A stretch of 64,000 nucleotides of DNA, taken from assembly GCA_019311105.1 (NCBI GenBank), contig JAFDDA010000064.1, forward strand, positions 7,593 to 71,592, in the 5' to 3' direction. Each line of letters starts with the position of its first letter. Position 1 is the stretch's first letter. The translations under genes and the position numbers were made by a program. This stretch comes from Deltaproteobacteria bacterium. GTDB taxonomy: Bacteria; Myxococcota_A; UBA9160; JAFDDA01. Positions 26,304 to 35,587 of the stretch are shown here, piece after piece. The notes beneath the pieces were generated by a model. It was not told the origin of the DNA. It was given only the letters and a program-made list of their open reading frames with translations, and did no database searches.

Positions 26304-27428
26304 ATGATCATCGTGATGAAGGCCGACACACAGCCCGACTCGCCCGAGTTGGCCCAGGTGATCCAGATGGCCGAGGGCTACCCCGGCGTCTCGACCCAGA
26401 TCCACCGCATCGAGGGCGCGACGCGGAGCGTCACGGAGATCTACCTGCTCGGCTCCACCGGCGTCGTGCCGATCGAGCCGTTCGAGGAGTTCACCAGCGT
26501 CGAGCGCGTCGTGCGCGTCACCGAGAAGTTCCGCTCCATCGGTCGCCACGGGGTCGGGCTCGAAGCCCACGGCTTCGACTACAACGGGGTCCACTTCTCC
26601 CAGGACAACCTCCACGTCTTCCCCGGCGTCTGCGCCGTCGACGAGCCCCACAACGTGGAGGCGATGTTCGCGGCCCTGAAAGAGCACGGCGTCGTCACCT
26701 CCCGGGCGGGTGCGTACAAGCCGCGGACGAGCCCCTACGACTTCCAGGGCAACGGCGCCGACTGCCTGCCCTTCGTCTTCGAGCTGGCGGGCAAGTACGG
26801 CATCAAGGTCGTGGCCATGGAGATCACCCACGAGAGCCACATCGACGAGATCCAGGCCGCCCTCGCGAGCTCGGGCCAGGCCACGGGGGTCCTCGTCCAG
26901 ATCGGAACGCGCAACGCCCAGAATTTCGAGCTGCTGAAGGTCGTCGGCCAGCAGACGGAATTGCCGGTGCTCTTCAAGCGCGGCATGGGGATCACCCTCG
27001 AGGAGTCGCTCAACGCCTGCGAGTACGTGGCGAGTGGCGGAAACCGGCGGATCATCTTCGCCCTGCGGGGAATGAAGACCAACCTCGGCGACCCGCACCG
27101 CAACTTCGTCGATTTTGCACACGTCCCGGTGGTGAAGCGGCTCTCGCGCCTGCCGGTGTGCATCGACCCCTCTCATTCCGTGGGCAGCCGGGCGATGAGC
27201 CCCGAGGGGCTGCTCGACATTTTCAACGTGACGGCTCAGGGGGTGATCGCCGGTGCCAACATGGTGCTGGTCGATTTCCACCCGAACCCGGAGCAGGCGC
27301 TATGCGACGGCCCCCAGGCCCTGCTCATGGACGAGTTGCCGCGATACCTCGAGGACGTCCGGATCGTCCGGGCAGCCTACGAGGAGCGCGTCGCGAAGAT
27401 CGCGACGCCGCCGACCCAAGGGGGCTAG
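26304..27428 (+). CDS. 3-deoxy-7-phosphoheptulonate (DAHP) synthase, type I-beta with N-terminal regulatory domain
   Basis: ATG at 26304 follows AGGAG, in frame in ORF 25737..27428. The MIIVMK... ferredoxin-like N-domain is followed by GAYKPRTSPYDFQG, IGTRNAQNF and DPSHS blocks. Confidence 0.85.
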   Translation: MIIVMKADTQPDSPELAQVIQMAEGYPGVSTQIHRIEGATRSVTEIYLLGSTGVVPIEPFEEFTSVERVVRVTEKFRSIGRHGVGLEAHGFDYNGVHFSQDNLHVFPGVCAVDEPHNVEAMFAALKEHGVVTSRAGAYKPRTSPYDFQGNGADCLPFVFELAGKYGIKVVAMEITHESHIDEIQAALASSGQATGVLVQIGTRNAQNFELLKVVGQQTELPVLFKRGMGITLEESLNACEYVASGGNRRIIFALRGMKTNLGDPHRNFVDFAHVPVVKRLSRLPVCIDPSHSVGSRAMSPEGLLDIFNVTAQGVIAGANMVLVDFHPNPEQALCDGPQALLMDELPRYLEDVRIVRAAYEERVAKIATPPTQGG

Positions 27429-27486
27429 CCGCGACCGGCCAGGGGCCGGAGACATCGCGGACAGTCGGGCACACGGGGGGTGAAGC

Positions 27487-29966
27487 GTGGCCCGCTCGCA
27501 CAAGGGACCGACAAAGGGAACGCCCAAGAAGAAGGCGACCGGGAAGAGCAAGGCGACTTCGCGCTCGAAGGGCACCGCTGCGTCCGGCAAGAAATCCGGG
27601 TCGAAGGGCACCGCCGCGTCCGGCAAGAAATCCGGGTCGAAGGGCGCCGCCGCCAAGCGCGCAGCGCCGCGCAAGCGTCGCCGGGCCAAGAAGCGCTCCG
27701 GTTTCCTCGCCGCCGTGGTGGGGGGCATTGCGGCGGTCGTCCGCCGCCTGCGGCTGCCCCTCGGCATCGCCGCCTTCGCATTCGGCATCTTCCTGGCGGT
27801 CTGGCTGATCCGCCTCGACCGCACCGTCATCGAACGCTTCGAGGGTCGGACCTTCCAGGTCCCGTCCCGGGTTCTCTCGGAACCGTCGGTCCTCTACCCG
27901 GGCCTCGACTGGAAGACGAGCGACCTGCGCGGAACCTTGGCCCATCTCGGCTACCGACGTGTGCGCGGCGTGCGGCCCGCCGCTGGCCAATATGAATGGG
28001 ACGGCGATCGCGTGCGCCTCCACCTGCGTGCGTTCGAGCATCCGACCCGCGGTGAGCCCACGCGCAAACTCGAGCTGCGCCTGGCGGGGAATCGGATTCG
28101 CTCGCTCACGGACTCGCGCGGCGACCCGCTCGGCGCGGTCCCTCTCGAGCCCGAGCTCGTCGGCCTCTACTACGGCCCCGACCGCGAGCAGCGCGAGCTC
28201 GTGCGCCTCGCCGACCTTCCGCCGGCACTCGTCGACGCGATCCTCGCCGTCGAGGACCAACGCTTCCCCTCCCACGCCGGCGTCGATCCGCGCCGTATCG
28301 CGGGCGCGCTGCTCGCGAACCTCGAAGCCGGCGGCATCACCCAGGGGGGTTCGACGCTCACGCAGCAGCTCGTGAAGAACTTCTTCCTAAAGCCCGAGCG
28401 GACTTACACACGCAAGCTGCAAGAAGCGGCCATGGCGCTGCTCGTCGAGTGGCACTTCGAGAAGCCCGACATCCTCGAGGCCTACCTCAACGAGATCTAT
28501 CTCGGGGCCAGGCGGCGCGCCTCTACTTCGGGAAGAGCGCCACGGAGCTCGACCTCTCTGAGTGCGCCCTGCTCGCGGCCATCATTCAGAGCCCCAACGC
28601 GAACTCGCCCTACCGCAACCCGGAGCGCGCCGTGGAGCGGCGCAACCTCGTGCTCGACCTGATGCATCGCCAAGGCCGGATCGATCGGCCGAGCTGGCGC
28701 GAGGCCAAGGCCGAGCCGCTCTCGGTGGCCGAGGTGACGCCCGACCCGCGCGATGCCCGCTACTTCATGGCCGCGCTCAAGCGCCAACTCCCCGAACACT
28801 ACGACCGCGACGCGCTGGCCAACGAAGGCCTGCGCATTCACGCCACACTCGACCTGCGCCTGCAACTCGCGGCGGCAGCCGCGCTGCGCGAAGGGCTGGA
28901 AGGGCTCGAGAAGCGCTACCCGCGCATCCGGCGCGACGACCCGCTCGAGCGCGTTCAGGGTTGTGTCGTCGCGCTGCGGCCCCAGACGGGCGAGGTGCTC
29001 GCGCTCGTGGGCGGGCGTGACTTCGGCGTCTCGCAGTTCGATCGCTGCAGCCAGGCGCGGCGCCCCGCGGGCAGCGTCTTCAAGCCCTTCGTCTACATCG
29101 CAGCCCTCGAAGATGCGCGCGGAGGGGATGGGATCACACTGGCGAGCTTCCTGTCCGACGATCCCCTCCAGGTGTCGACACCCTCGGGGGTCTGGGCCCC
29201 GGAAAACTACGACCACGAGTTCCATGGGCGCGTCCCCGTGCGAGCCGCCCTCGAGCGCTCGCTCAACGTCGCGACGGCGCGGCTCGCACAGCAGGTCGGA
29301 ATCGACCGTGTCATCGAGGTGGCGCGCCGGCTCGGGATCACGAGCAAGCTCCCCGAGGTTCCGAGCCTGGCCCTGGGGACGGCGGACGTGTCGCCCCTCG
29401 AGATGGCGCGGGCCTACGCCACCCTGGCGAACGGAGGGGTGCGACCCGTGGTCCGCACCTTCGATGAGGTCGTGGACTCAGAGGGGGAGCAAGTCGAACG
29501 ACGCGGGCTCGAGTTCGAGCGCGTCCTCGACGAAGGGACGGCCTACCTCGCCACCTCGCTCCTGGTCGGGGTGATCGAACGTGGCACGGGCCGCTCGCTC
29601 GCGGGCCACGGCCTCACGGGCGCCCTGGCCGGCAAGACCGGGACCACGGACGACGAACGCGACGCATGGTTCGTCGGTTTCACGCCCGAGCTGGTGGTGG
29701 CGGTGTGGGTCGGCTTCGATGCACCGCAAAGCCTCGGCCTCTCCGGCTCCTCCGCCGCCCTGCCGATCTGGGCGCGCTTCGTCCGCGAGGCCACCGGCGG
29801 GGAGATCCGCGGCCACTTCCTTCCGCCCCACGGGGTCGAGCGTATGGCCATCGACCCCGCCACGGGGGCGCGTGCCCTGCGGGGCTGCCCGCGCAAGCGC
29901 GATGAATACTTCCTCGCGGGGACGGCGCCCAAGAAGAGCTGTCCCAGTGCTGGGCTCGGCGGATGA
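27487..29966 (+). pseudogene. Class A penicillin-binding protein (transglycosylase/transpeptidase, PBP1A-type), frameshifted
   Basis: The glycosyltransferase half (AVEDQRF, GGSTLTQQL, RKLQEA, ILEAYLNEIYLG) is in frame 27487. From QAARLYFGKSA onward, including the transpeptidase SVFKPF, the reading is in frame 28449. The junction is at 28504-28511. Confidence 0.85.
27565..27654. repeat. 36-bp tandem repeat (~2.4 copies) in the PBP 5' region
   Basis: tcgaagggcaccgc(t/c)gcgtccggcaagaaatccggg occurs at 27565 and 27601, with a partial third copy. It encodes the SKGTAASGKKSG repeats. Confidence 0.9.
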
Positions 29967-30493
29967 TGCGAGTGCGCACCTGCCGCATCGTCGTGCTGTC
30001 CTTGCTCGCGGGGTTCGCGTTGGTCGCCTGCCCGCGCCGGCCGATGGTTCCCGGACTTGGGGTCCGCGACCAGGCTGCGACTCTGAGTGACGTACGCGAC
30101 GAGGGCGACGATCGGCGTCGCGCATCGACTCACCTCGTGTTGCAGGGCCTCGACGCCGACGATCTCGGCGAAATCGACCGCGCACTCGACCGCTACCAGC
30201 TTTCCCTGCGGGTAGACCCGGGGAACCCGTGGTCGTATCTGGCCTTGGCGCGGCACGAGCTCGACCGGGGCGACCCGGTGCGCTCGCTCGCAGCCCTCGA
30301 CCGCACGCGTTCGCTCTTCGAACTCGAAGACGCGCTGTCCCCTCGGGTGGAGACGCATCTCCTCGGCCTGCGCGGCGCCGCGCTCGAAGGCCTCGGTCGC
30401 TTCGACGAAGCCCACACCGACCTCGACGAGGCGCGCCGCCGGGCGCCCTCGGCCTGGGGGGACGGCTACCTCAGCGCCGGCGAGCTTCGCTGA
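29963..30493 (+). CDS. Lipoprotein with TPR-like repeat
   Basis: 176 aa with an ATGA overlap to the PBP stop. The signal plus lipobox is LLAGFALVAC. Confidence 0.6.
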   Translation: MMRVRTCRIVVLSLLAGFALVACPRRPMVPGLGVRDQAATLSDVRDEGDDRRRASTHLVLQGLDADDLGEIDRALDRYQLSLRVDPGNPWSYLALARHELDRGDPVRSLAALDRTRSLFELEDALSPRVETHLLGLRGAALEGLGRFDEAHTDLDEARRRAPSAWGDGYLSAGELR

Positions 30494-30560
30494 CCCTTCC
30501 GCCCGCTTCGCCAATCAAACGAGCACGCTTCGTGGGCCGGGATCGGCACGCTTCGCAGCG

Positions 30561-30628
30561 CGATGCAGAATCGGTGTGACCGCCTCACGAAGCCCGATGC
30601 AGAATCGGTGTGATAGCGTCACGCACCG
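30561..30628. repeat. 34-bp tandem duplication upstream of lspA, each unit with a TGTGA-N5-TCAC palindrome
   Basis: cgatgcagaatcggtgtga occurs at 30561 and 30595. A third cgatgc provides the lspA ATG at 30629. Confidence 0.85.
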
Positions 30629-31165
30629 ATGCCGTCGGCCATCTCTCCGAAAACCAAGGCGTTTGTACTCACGGCCAGCGTCGCCCTGGCGCTCGACTTC
30701 GCGACGAAGGCTTCCGTTCTGTCGCGCCTCGCCTACGGCGACCGGCATGAGGTGATCGAAGGCTTCTTCTACATCACCCACGTGCGCAACCCGGGCGCGG
30801 CGTTCAGCATGTTCGCCGACGCACCCGAGAACATCCGACTGTTCTTCTTCGTCGGGATTTCCCTACTCGCCCTCGCGATCATCTTTTCGTTCTTCCGTCA
30901 GCTCGCCCCCGGGGAGCGCTTCCCCGCGTTCGCTTTGGGCTCGATTCTCGGCGGTGCGGCCGGGAATCTGGTGGATCGCGTGTTTCGCGGCGGTGAAGTC
31001 GTCGATTTCCTCCACTTTCGGCTGTGGAGCGGCTATTCGTGGCCCGACTTCAACCTGGCCGACACCTTCATCGTGGTGGGAGTCGCCCTTCTGATCCTCG
31101 AGTTGCTCGTCACCGAGGGTGAAGACCGCACCGGCGGCGCAGAAACGGACACACCGCCCGCCTAG
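30629..31165 (+). CDS. lspA: Lipoprotein signal peptidase II
   Basis: 178 aa with NPGAAFS and NLVDR...VVDF...FNLAD blocks. Confidence 0.9.
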   Translation: MPSAISPKTKAFVLTASVALALDFATKASVLSRLAYGDRHEVIEGFFYITHVRNPGAAFSMFADAPENIRLFFFVGISLLALAIIFSFFRQLAPGERFPAFALGSILGGAAGNLVDRVFRGGEVVDFLHFRLWSGYSWPDFNLADTFIVVGVALLILELLVTEGEDRTGGAETDTPPA

Positions 31166-31245
31166 ACGGGTCGATCCACCCGACACACCGCCCGCCCAGG
31201 CGGGTCGATCCACCCGACACACCGCCCGCCCAGGCGGGTCGATCC
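31149..31245. repeat. 34-bp tandem repeat (~2.85 copies) spanning the lspA stop codon, each unit a GC hairpin
   Basis: Units start at 31149, 31183 and 31217 and read acacaccgcccgcc(t/c)ag(a/g)cgggtcgatccacccg. The lspA TAG sits where later units have CAG. Confidence 0.9.
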
Positions 31246-31881
31246 GGTTCGAGCAGCGCGCACGACGCCTGCCCCTTCCATTCGGCATCGTTCGATTTGG
31301 TACGGCTGCGAAGTCCGTTCCCGCGGGAACGAATGTTCACGAGCGAGGGGTGAACTCTCATGCTTGGCGCGGTCGGACGTCCACGACGAGGACCGACGTT
31401 CCGTTCTTCGGTCGCGGAACTTCTTTTCTCACGCATCGCGAATTGTTTTCCACCGACGGGAAATCGCGTGAGCGCGTCGAAATGTCGACGGATCGACACA
31501 GTTCGGTGTTAAAGAACTCTTTCGCTCGTTTTTGTTGGAAGTGTTGTTGACCGTTTTTCGTGACTGGGTTAGAAGGGTCGAGCTGCCACGTGCAGTGCCT
31601 CGAAGTTCGACGCTGTGCTGCCATTCTCCGTCGAGCTCACGACCTTCGAGGCCCGGGAAACCCTCCACCCCGGAAGAGCGAGTGAAGTCTTTCGTCGATC
31701 GTCACAACGAGAAGAATCCGACCGGCCTCCCCCGAGGTTTCTTCTTCCAGACCGACCATTCGTTCACTCACGAGCTCTCCAAGACTCGTCGAGGGTTGAC
31801 CGCCGGCTATGGAATCGACGCGCGTGGGCCCAATGCCCGCACGCGGACGGTGAGAGGTGAACGAACCCCCGAACCCCCCGG

Positions 31882-31898
31882 GGCCGAGTCACTCGGCC
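31882..31898. promoter_or_regulatory. Perfect palindrome GGCCGAGT-C-ACTCGGCC 26 nt upstream of the iclR start (candidate operator)
   Basis: Seen directly in the sequence. IclR regulators commonly autoregulate through palindromes near their own start. Confidence 0.3.
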
Positions 31899-31923
31899 TC
31901 GTGAGCGTGGAGAGTCTGTCGCA

Positions 31924-32715
31924 ATGACCAAAAAGCCCAAGAGCGACTACGCCATCCAGACCGTGAGCAATGCCCTGCGGCTACTGGAGATGTTCGAAGG
32001 CGAAGAGCGCCTCGGTGTGACGGAGCTGTCCCGTCGCTTGGACCTCCACAAGAACAACGTGTTCCGGCTCCTGGCCACTCTGGAGCAGAGCGGATACATC
32101 GAGCAGTGTGCCGAGGATGACCAATATCGTCTGGCGGTCGCCTGCTTGGAGCTCGGCCACTCCTATGTGAGCAGCAACTCGCTGCTCGACCGGGCCCGGC
32201 CGGCCCTCGAGCGGCTCTCGGCCGAGGTCGGCGAGACGACCCACGTGGGCGTCGCCCGCGGCGATGAGGTGGCCCACCTCGATGGGGTGCTGCCGGATCA
32301 GGTGCTCGTGACCTCCCTGCGGCTGGGTTCGCGACTGCCGCTTCACGCCACAGCTCTCGGCAAGACCCTTTTGGGCTTCGCCTCGGAGGAGCGCCGTGAG
32401 GCGTTCGACCGCGATCGCATCGCGGCGGGCCTCGAGGCGCGCACCCCGGCCACCCTCGTCGACCGCGCCAAGCTGCTCGACGAGTTGCGCGCGGCCGCGG
32501 CCCAGGGCTTTGCGGTGGAGATCGAGGAGTGCGAGCCGGGCATGGTGTGCGCTGCGGCGCCGGTCCATGACGCCTCGGGCGCCGTCGTCGCGGCGATCTC
32601 GGTCTCGGCCCCGACGGTTCGCGTGAGCGAGGACGACCTGCACCGCCGCGTGGTGCCGGCCGTCGTTGCTGCGGCTGCGGATCTTTCGCGGCAGATCGGG
32701 TTCCAGGCCGCCTAA
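31924..32715 (+). CDS. IclR-family transcriptional regulator
   Basis: 263 aa. It has an N-terminal wHTH (LRLLEMF...LGVTELSRRLDLHKNNVFRLLATLE) and a C-terminal IclR effector domain. Confidence 0.85.
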   Translation: MTKKPKSDYAIQTVSNALRLLEMFEGEERLGVTELSRRLDLHKNNVFRLLATLEQSGYIEQCAEDDQYRLAVACLELGHSYVSSNSLLDRARPALERLSAEVGETTHVGVARGDEVAHLDGVLPDQVLVTSLRLGSRLPLHATALGKTLLGFASEERREAFDRDRIAAGLEARTPATLVDRAKLLDELRAAAAQGFAVEIEECEPGMVCAAAPVHDASGAVVAAISVSAPTVRVSEDDLHRRVVPAVVAAAADLSRQIGFQAA

Positions 32716-32750
32716 GGCGGAATTGGAACTGGGGCTCTGCCCCATCCAAA
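32707..32750 (+). repeat. REP-like element, copy a (consensus GCCGCCGAAGGCGGAATTGGAACTGGGGCTCTGCCCCATCCAAA)
   Basis: The iclR TAA lies in the position where other copies have GAA. It forms an inverted pair with 32811..32855. Confidence 0.8.
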
Positions 32751-32761
32751 AGGACTGAGTG

Positions 32762-32791
32762 CCGGCGTCACCCAGGAACGGGTGACGCCGG
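32762..32791 (+). terminator. Strong GC hairpin after iclR (12-bp stem, 6-nt loop)
   Basis: ccggcgtcaccc-aggaac-gggtgacgccgg, followed by tgtcatt. It lies between the two inverted REP-like copies. Confidence 0.5.
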
Positions 32792-32810
32792 TGTCATTCC
32801 GTCTGTCCTT

Positions 32811-32855
32811 CTGGATAGGGCAGAGCCCCAGTTCCAGTTCCGCCTTCGGCGGCGC
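32811..32855 (-). repeat. REP-like element, copy b (inverted partner of copy a)
   Basis: The reverse complement matches copy a. Within the 27-nt arms (32716..32742 versus 32818..32844) there is one mismatch. Confidence 0.8.
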
Positions 32856-32964
32856 CTGTGGCGGCTTTGGCGGCACTGCGTCAGCTGATCTAGGCTGCCC
32901 GCGTTCGCGACCCGAACGCACATCGTTCGCCATCCGACCCACCAAGAACGCATCTGGAGGCGCT

Positions 32965-34104
32965 GTGGACTTCGCCCTCTCCGACGAACAACTCCTGCTT
33001 CAGGACACCGCCCGCAAGTTTGCCGAGGCCGAGATCAAGCCGGCCGCTGCGGCCTTCGACCAGAGCGGCGAGTTCCCGCGCGAGATCATCAAGAAGGCCT
33101 GGGAGACCGGCCTCGCGAGCACCGGGATCCCCGAGGAGTACGGCGGCGTCGGCCTCACCCTCATGGACAGCTGCATCGTGACCGAGGCGCTCTCGTGGGG
33201 CTGTGCCGGGATGACGACTTCGATCATGGCCAACGACCTCGGCATCATGCCCGTGGTCGTCGGGGGGAACGAGTCCCAGCAGAAGGAGTGGCTCGAGCGC
33301 TTCGCCTCGGAGTTCTGCCTCGTGGCATTCTGCCTCTCGGAGCCCAACGCCGGCTCCGACGTCGCGGGCCTCCAGCTCCTCGCCGAGAAAGACGGCGAGG
33401 ATTACATCCTGACCGGCACCAAGTGCTGGATCACCAACGGCGGCGAGGCCGACTACTACACCGTCTTCGCCACCCTCGACCGTGCGAGCCGCCACAAGGG
33501 CATCGTCGCCTTCGTCATTCCCTCCGACCTCGATGGCATCAGCCTCGGGAAGAAGGAGGACAAGATGGGTCAGCGTGCCAGCGACACGCGGACCATCAAC
33601 TTCGACGGCGTGCGCGTGCCGGCGGCGAACCGCCTGGGCGCCGAGGGCGAAGGCTTCAAGGTCGCCATGCGGACCCTCGATCGAACGCGGCCCTCGATTG
33701 GGGCGCTTGCTTGCGGGATCGCCCAACGAGCCCTCGACGAGAGCGTGGCCTACGCCCAGGAGCGGAAGGCCTTCGGCTTCCCGATCGCGGGGTTCCAGGC
33801 CGTCCAGTTCATGCTCGCCGACATGGCCAAGAACCTCGAGGCGGCTCGCCTGCTGACCCTCCAGAGCGCTTGGCTCATCGACCAGGGGCAGAACGCTTCG
33901 AAGTATTCCTCCTTCGCGAAGTGCTTCTCGACCGACACCGCCATGGAGGTCACCACCGACGCGGTCCAGGTCTTCGGCGGGAACGGCTACACGAAGGAAT
34001 ACCCGGTCGAGAAGTTGATGCGGGACGCCAAGCTGATGCAGATCTATGAAGGGACGAACCAGATCCAGCGTCTGGTCATCGCCCGGGAACTCCTGAAGGA
34101 GTAG
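32965..34104 (+). CDS. Acyl-CoA dehydrogenase (short/branched-chain type)
   Basis: GTG at 32965 follows GGAGG, in frame in ORF 32782..34104, giving 379 aa. Blocks are [31 protein letters not shown] and [10 protein letters not shown]. Confidence 0.9.
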   Translation: MDFALSDEQLLLQDTARKFAEAEIKPAAAAFDQSGEFPREIIKKAWETGLASTGIPEEYGGVGLTLMDSCIVTEALSWGCAGMTTSIMANDLGIMPVVVGGNESQQKEWLERFASEFCLVAFCLSEPNAGSDVAGLQLLAEKDGEDYILTGTKCWITNGGEADYYTVFATLDRASRHKGIVAFVIPSDLDGISLGKKEDKMGQRASDTRTINFDGVRVPAANRLGAEGEGFKVAMRTLDRTRPSIGALACGIAQRALDESVAYAQERKAFGFPIAGFQAVQFMLADMAKNLEAARLLTLQSAWLIDQGQNASKYSSFAKCFSTDTAMEVTTDAVQVFGGNGYTKEYPVEKLMRDAKLMQIYEGTNQIQRLVIARELLKE

Positions 34105-34134
34105 GGCCCGCCCCGGAGGGCCGGGTCGACGGAC

Positions 34135-34158
34135 AAACCCCAGGGATTCCGGGGGTTT
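34135..34158 (+). terminator. Hairpin after the acyl-CoA dehydrogenase gene
   Basis: aaacccc-agggattccg-ggggttt, ~30 nt after the stop. Confidence 0.35.
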
Positions 34159-34229
34159 CCCGTCAGCACACGGCATCTCGATCTGATAGACTCGATGGCT
34201 CGTGCCGTCACCCCGCGGGGCCGCCGAAG

Positions 34230-35579
34230 GTGGAACCGACGATTTGTGAACCGTTGTTTGGGGCGCGGACGCGACGGAAGGACGAGCGGTTGAGCACGCG
34301 AGAACGGGCACTGTCGTACCACTCCGAAGGGCGGCCCGGGAAGGTGAAGGTGGTGCCCACCAAGCCCACCCTCACGGCCGACGACCTCTCGCTCGCGTAC
34401 ACGCCCGGCGTGGCAGAACCCTGCCGCGAGATCGCCAAAGACCCCGACGCCGTCTTCAAGTACACCGCGCGCGGCAACCTCGTCGGGTGTGTCAGCAACG
34501 GCACGGCGGTGCTCGGCCTCGGCAACATCGGTGCTTCGGCCAGCAAGCCCGTGATGGAGGGCAAGGGCGTCCTCTTCAAGCGCTTCGCCGACATCGACGT
34601 GTTCGACATCGAGGTTGCCAGCGAGCGGGCCGAGGACGTGATTCGGGTCTGCGAGCTGATCGCGCCGACCTTCGGGGGCATCAACCTCGAAGACATCCGC
34701 GCCCCCGAGTGCTTCGTCATCGAGCAGCGGCTCCAGGAGAGCCTCGACATCCCCGTCTTCCACGATGATCAGCACGGGACGGCGATCATCTCGGCGGCGG
34801 CGTTCCTGAACGCGCTCGAAGTCACCGGCCGCAAGATCGAGGAGACGCGCGTCGTCTTCTCCGGCGCCGGAGCGTCGGGCCTGGCCTGCGCGCAGCTGTG
34901 GCTCGACCTCGGGCTGTTGCGCGAGAACCTCCTCCACGTGGACAGCCGCGGCGTCATCTACGAGGGCCGCACCGAGGGCATGAACGAGTACAAGGCGCGC
35001 TTTGCGCGAACGACGGAGTTGCGGACGTTGGCCGAGGCGCTCGAAGGCGTCGACGCGTTCGTCGGGCTCTCGTCTGCGGGGCTCGTGACACCCGAGATGG
35101 TGAAGAGCATGGGCCCGAACCCGTTGATCTTCGCCATGGCGAACCCGGACCCCGAGATCACACCCGACGAGGTGACCTCGGTGCGCGCGGACGCCATCAT
35201 GGCGACGGGTCGTTCCGACTTCCCGAACCAGGTGAACAACGTGCTCGGCTTCCCGTTCATCTTCCGCGGTGCGCTCGACGTGCGCGCGCGCAAGATCAAC
35301 GAAGAGATGAAGCACGCCGCGGTGCAGGCCTTGGCCGAGCTGGCCCGGCGGCCCGAAGACGAAGTGCCCGACGCCGTGCGCCGCGCCTACCCCGGTGAGC
35401 GCTTCGCGTTCGGCCCGGACTACATCATCCCCAAGCCCTTCGACCCCCGGGTGTTGCTCCACGTGGCGCCCGCCGTGGCCCAGGCGGCCATGGATTCCGG
35501 GGTCGCCCGGGAGACCATCGACTGCGACGAGTACCGCGAGGTGCTCGAACGTCGCATTCGCGACATCGCATCGCTCTAG
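34230..35579 (+). CDS. NAD(P)-dependent malic enzyme
   Basis: Blocks are [56 protein letters not shown] and GAGASG. The start is uncertain: GTG at 34230 or TTG at 34290. Confidence 0.85.
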   Translation: MEPTICEPLFGARTRRKDERLSTRERALSYHSEGRPGKVKVVPTKPTLTADDLSLAYTPGVAEPCREIAKDPDAVFKYTARGNLVGCVSNGTAVLGLGNIGASASKPVMEGKGVLFKRFADIDVFDIEVASERAEDVIRVCELIAPTFGGINLEDIRAPECFVIEQRLQESLDIPVFHDDQHGTAIISAAAFLNALEVTGRKIEETRVVFSGAGASGLACAQLWLDLGLLRENLLHVDSRGVIYEGRTEGMNEYKARFARTTELRTLAEALEGVDAFVGLSSAGLVTPEMVKSMGPNPLIFAMANPDPEITPDEVTSVRADAIMATGRSDFPNQVNNVLGFPFIFRGALDVRARKINEEMKHAAVQALAELARRPEDEVPDAVRRAYPGERFAFGPDYIIPKPFDPRVLLHVAPAVAQAAMDSGVARETIDCDEYREVLERRIRDIASL

Positions 35580-35587
35580 GAACACAC

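Noticed and set aside
30571-30622. CRP/FNR-type sites (TGTGA...TCACA) upstream of lspA.
   Set aside because: The spacing is N5, not N6, and the right half-site is TCACG. I kept it only as an unspecified palindrome.
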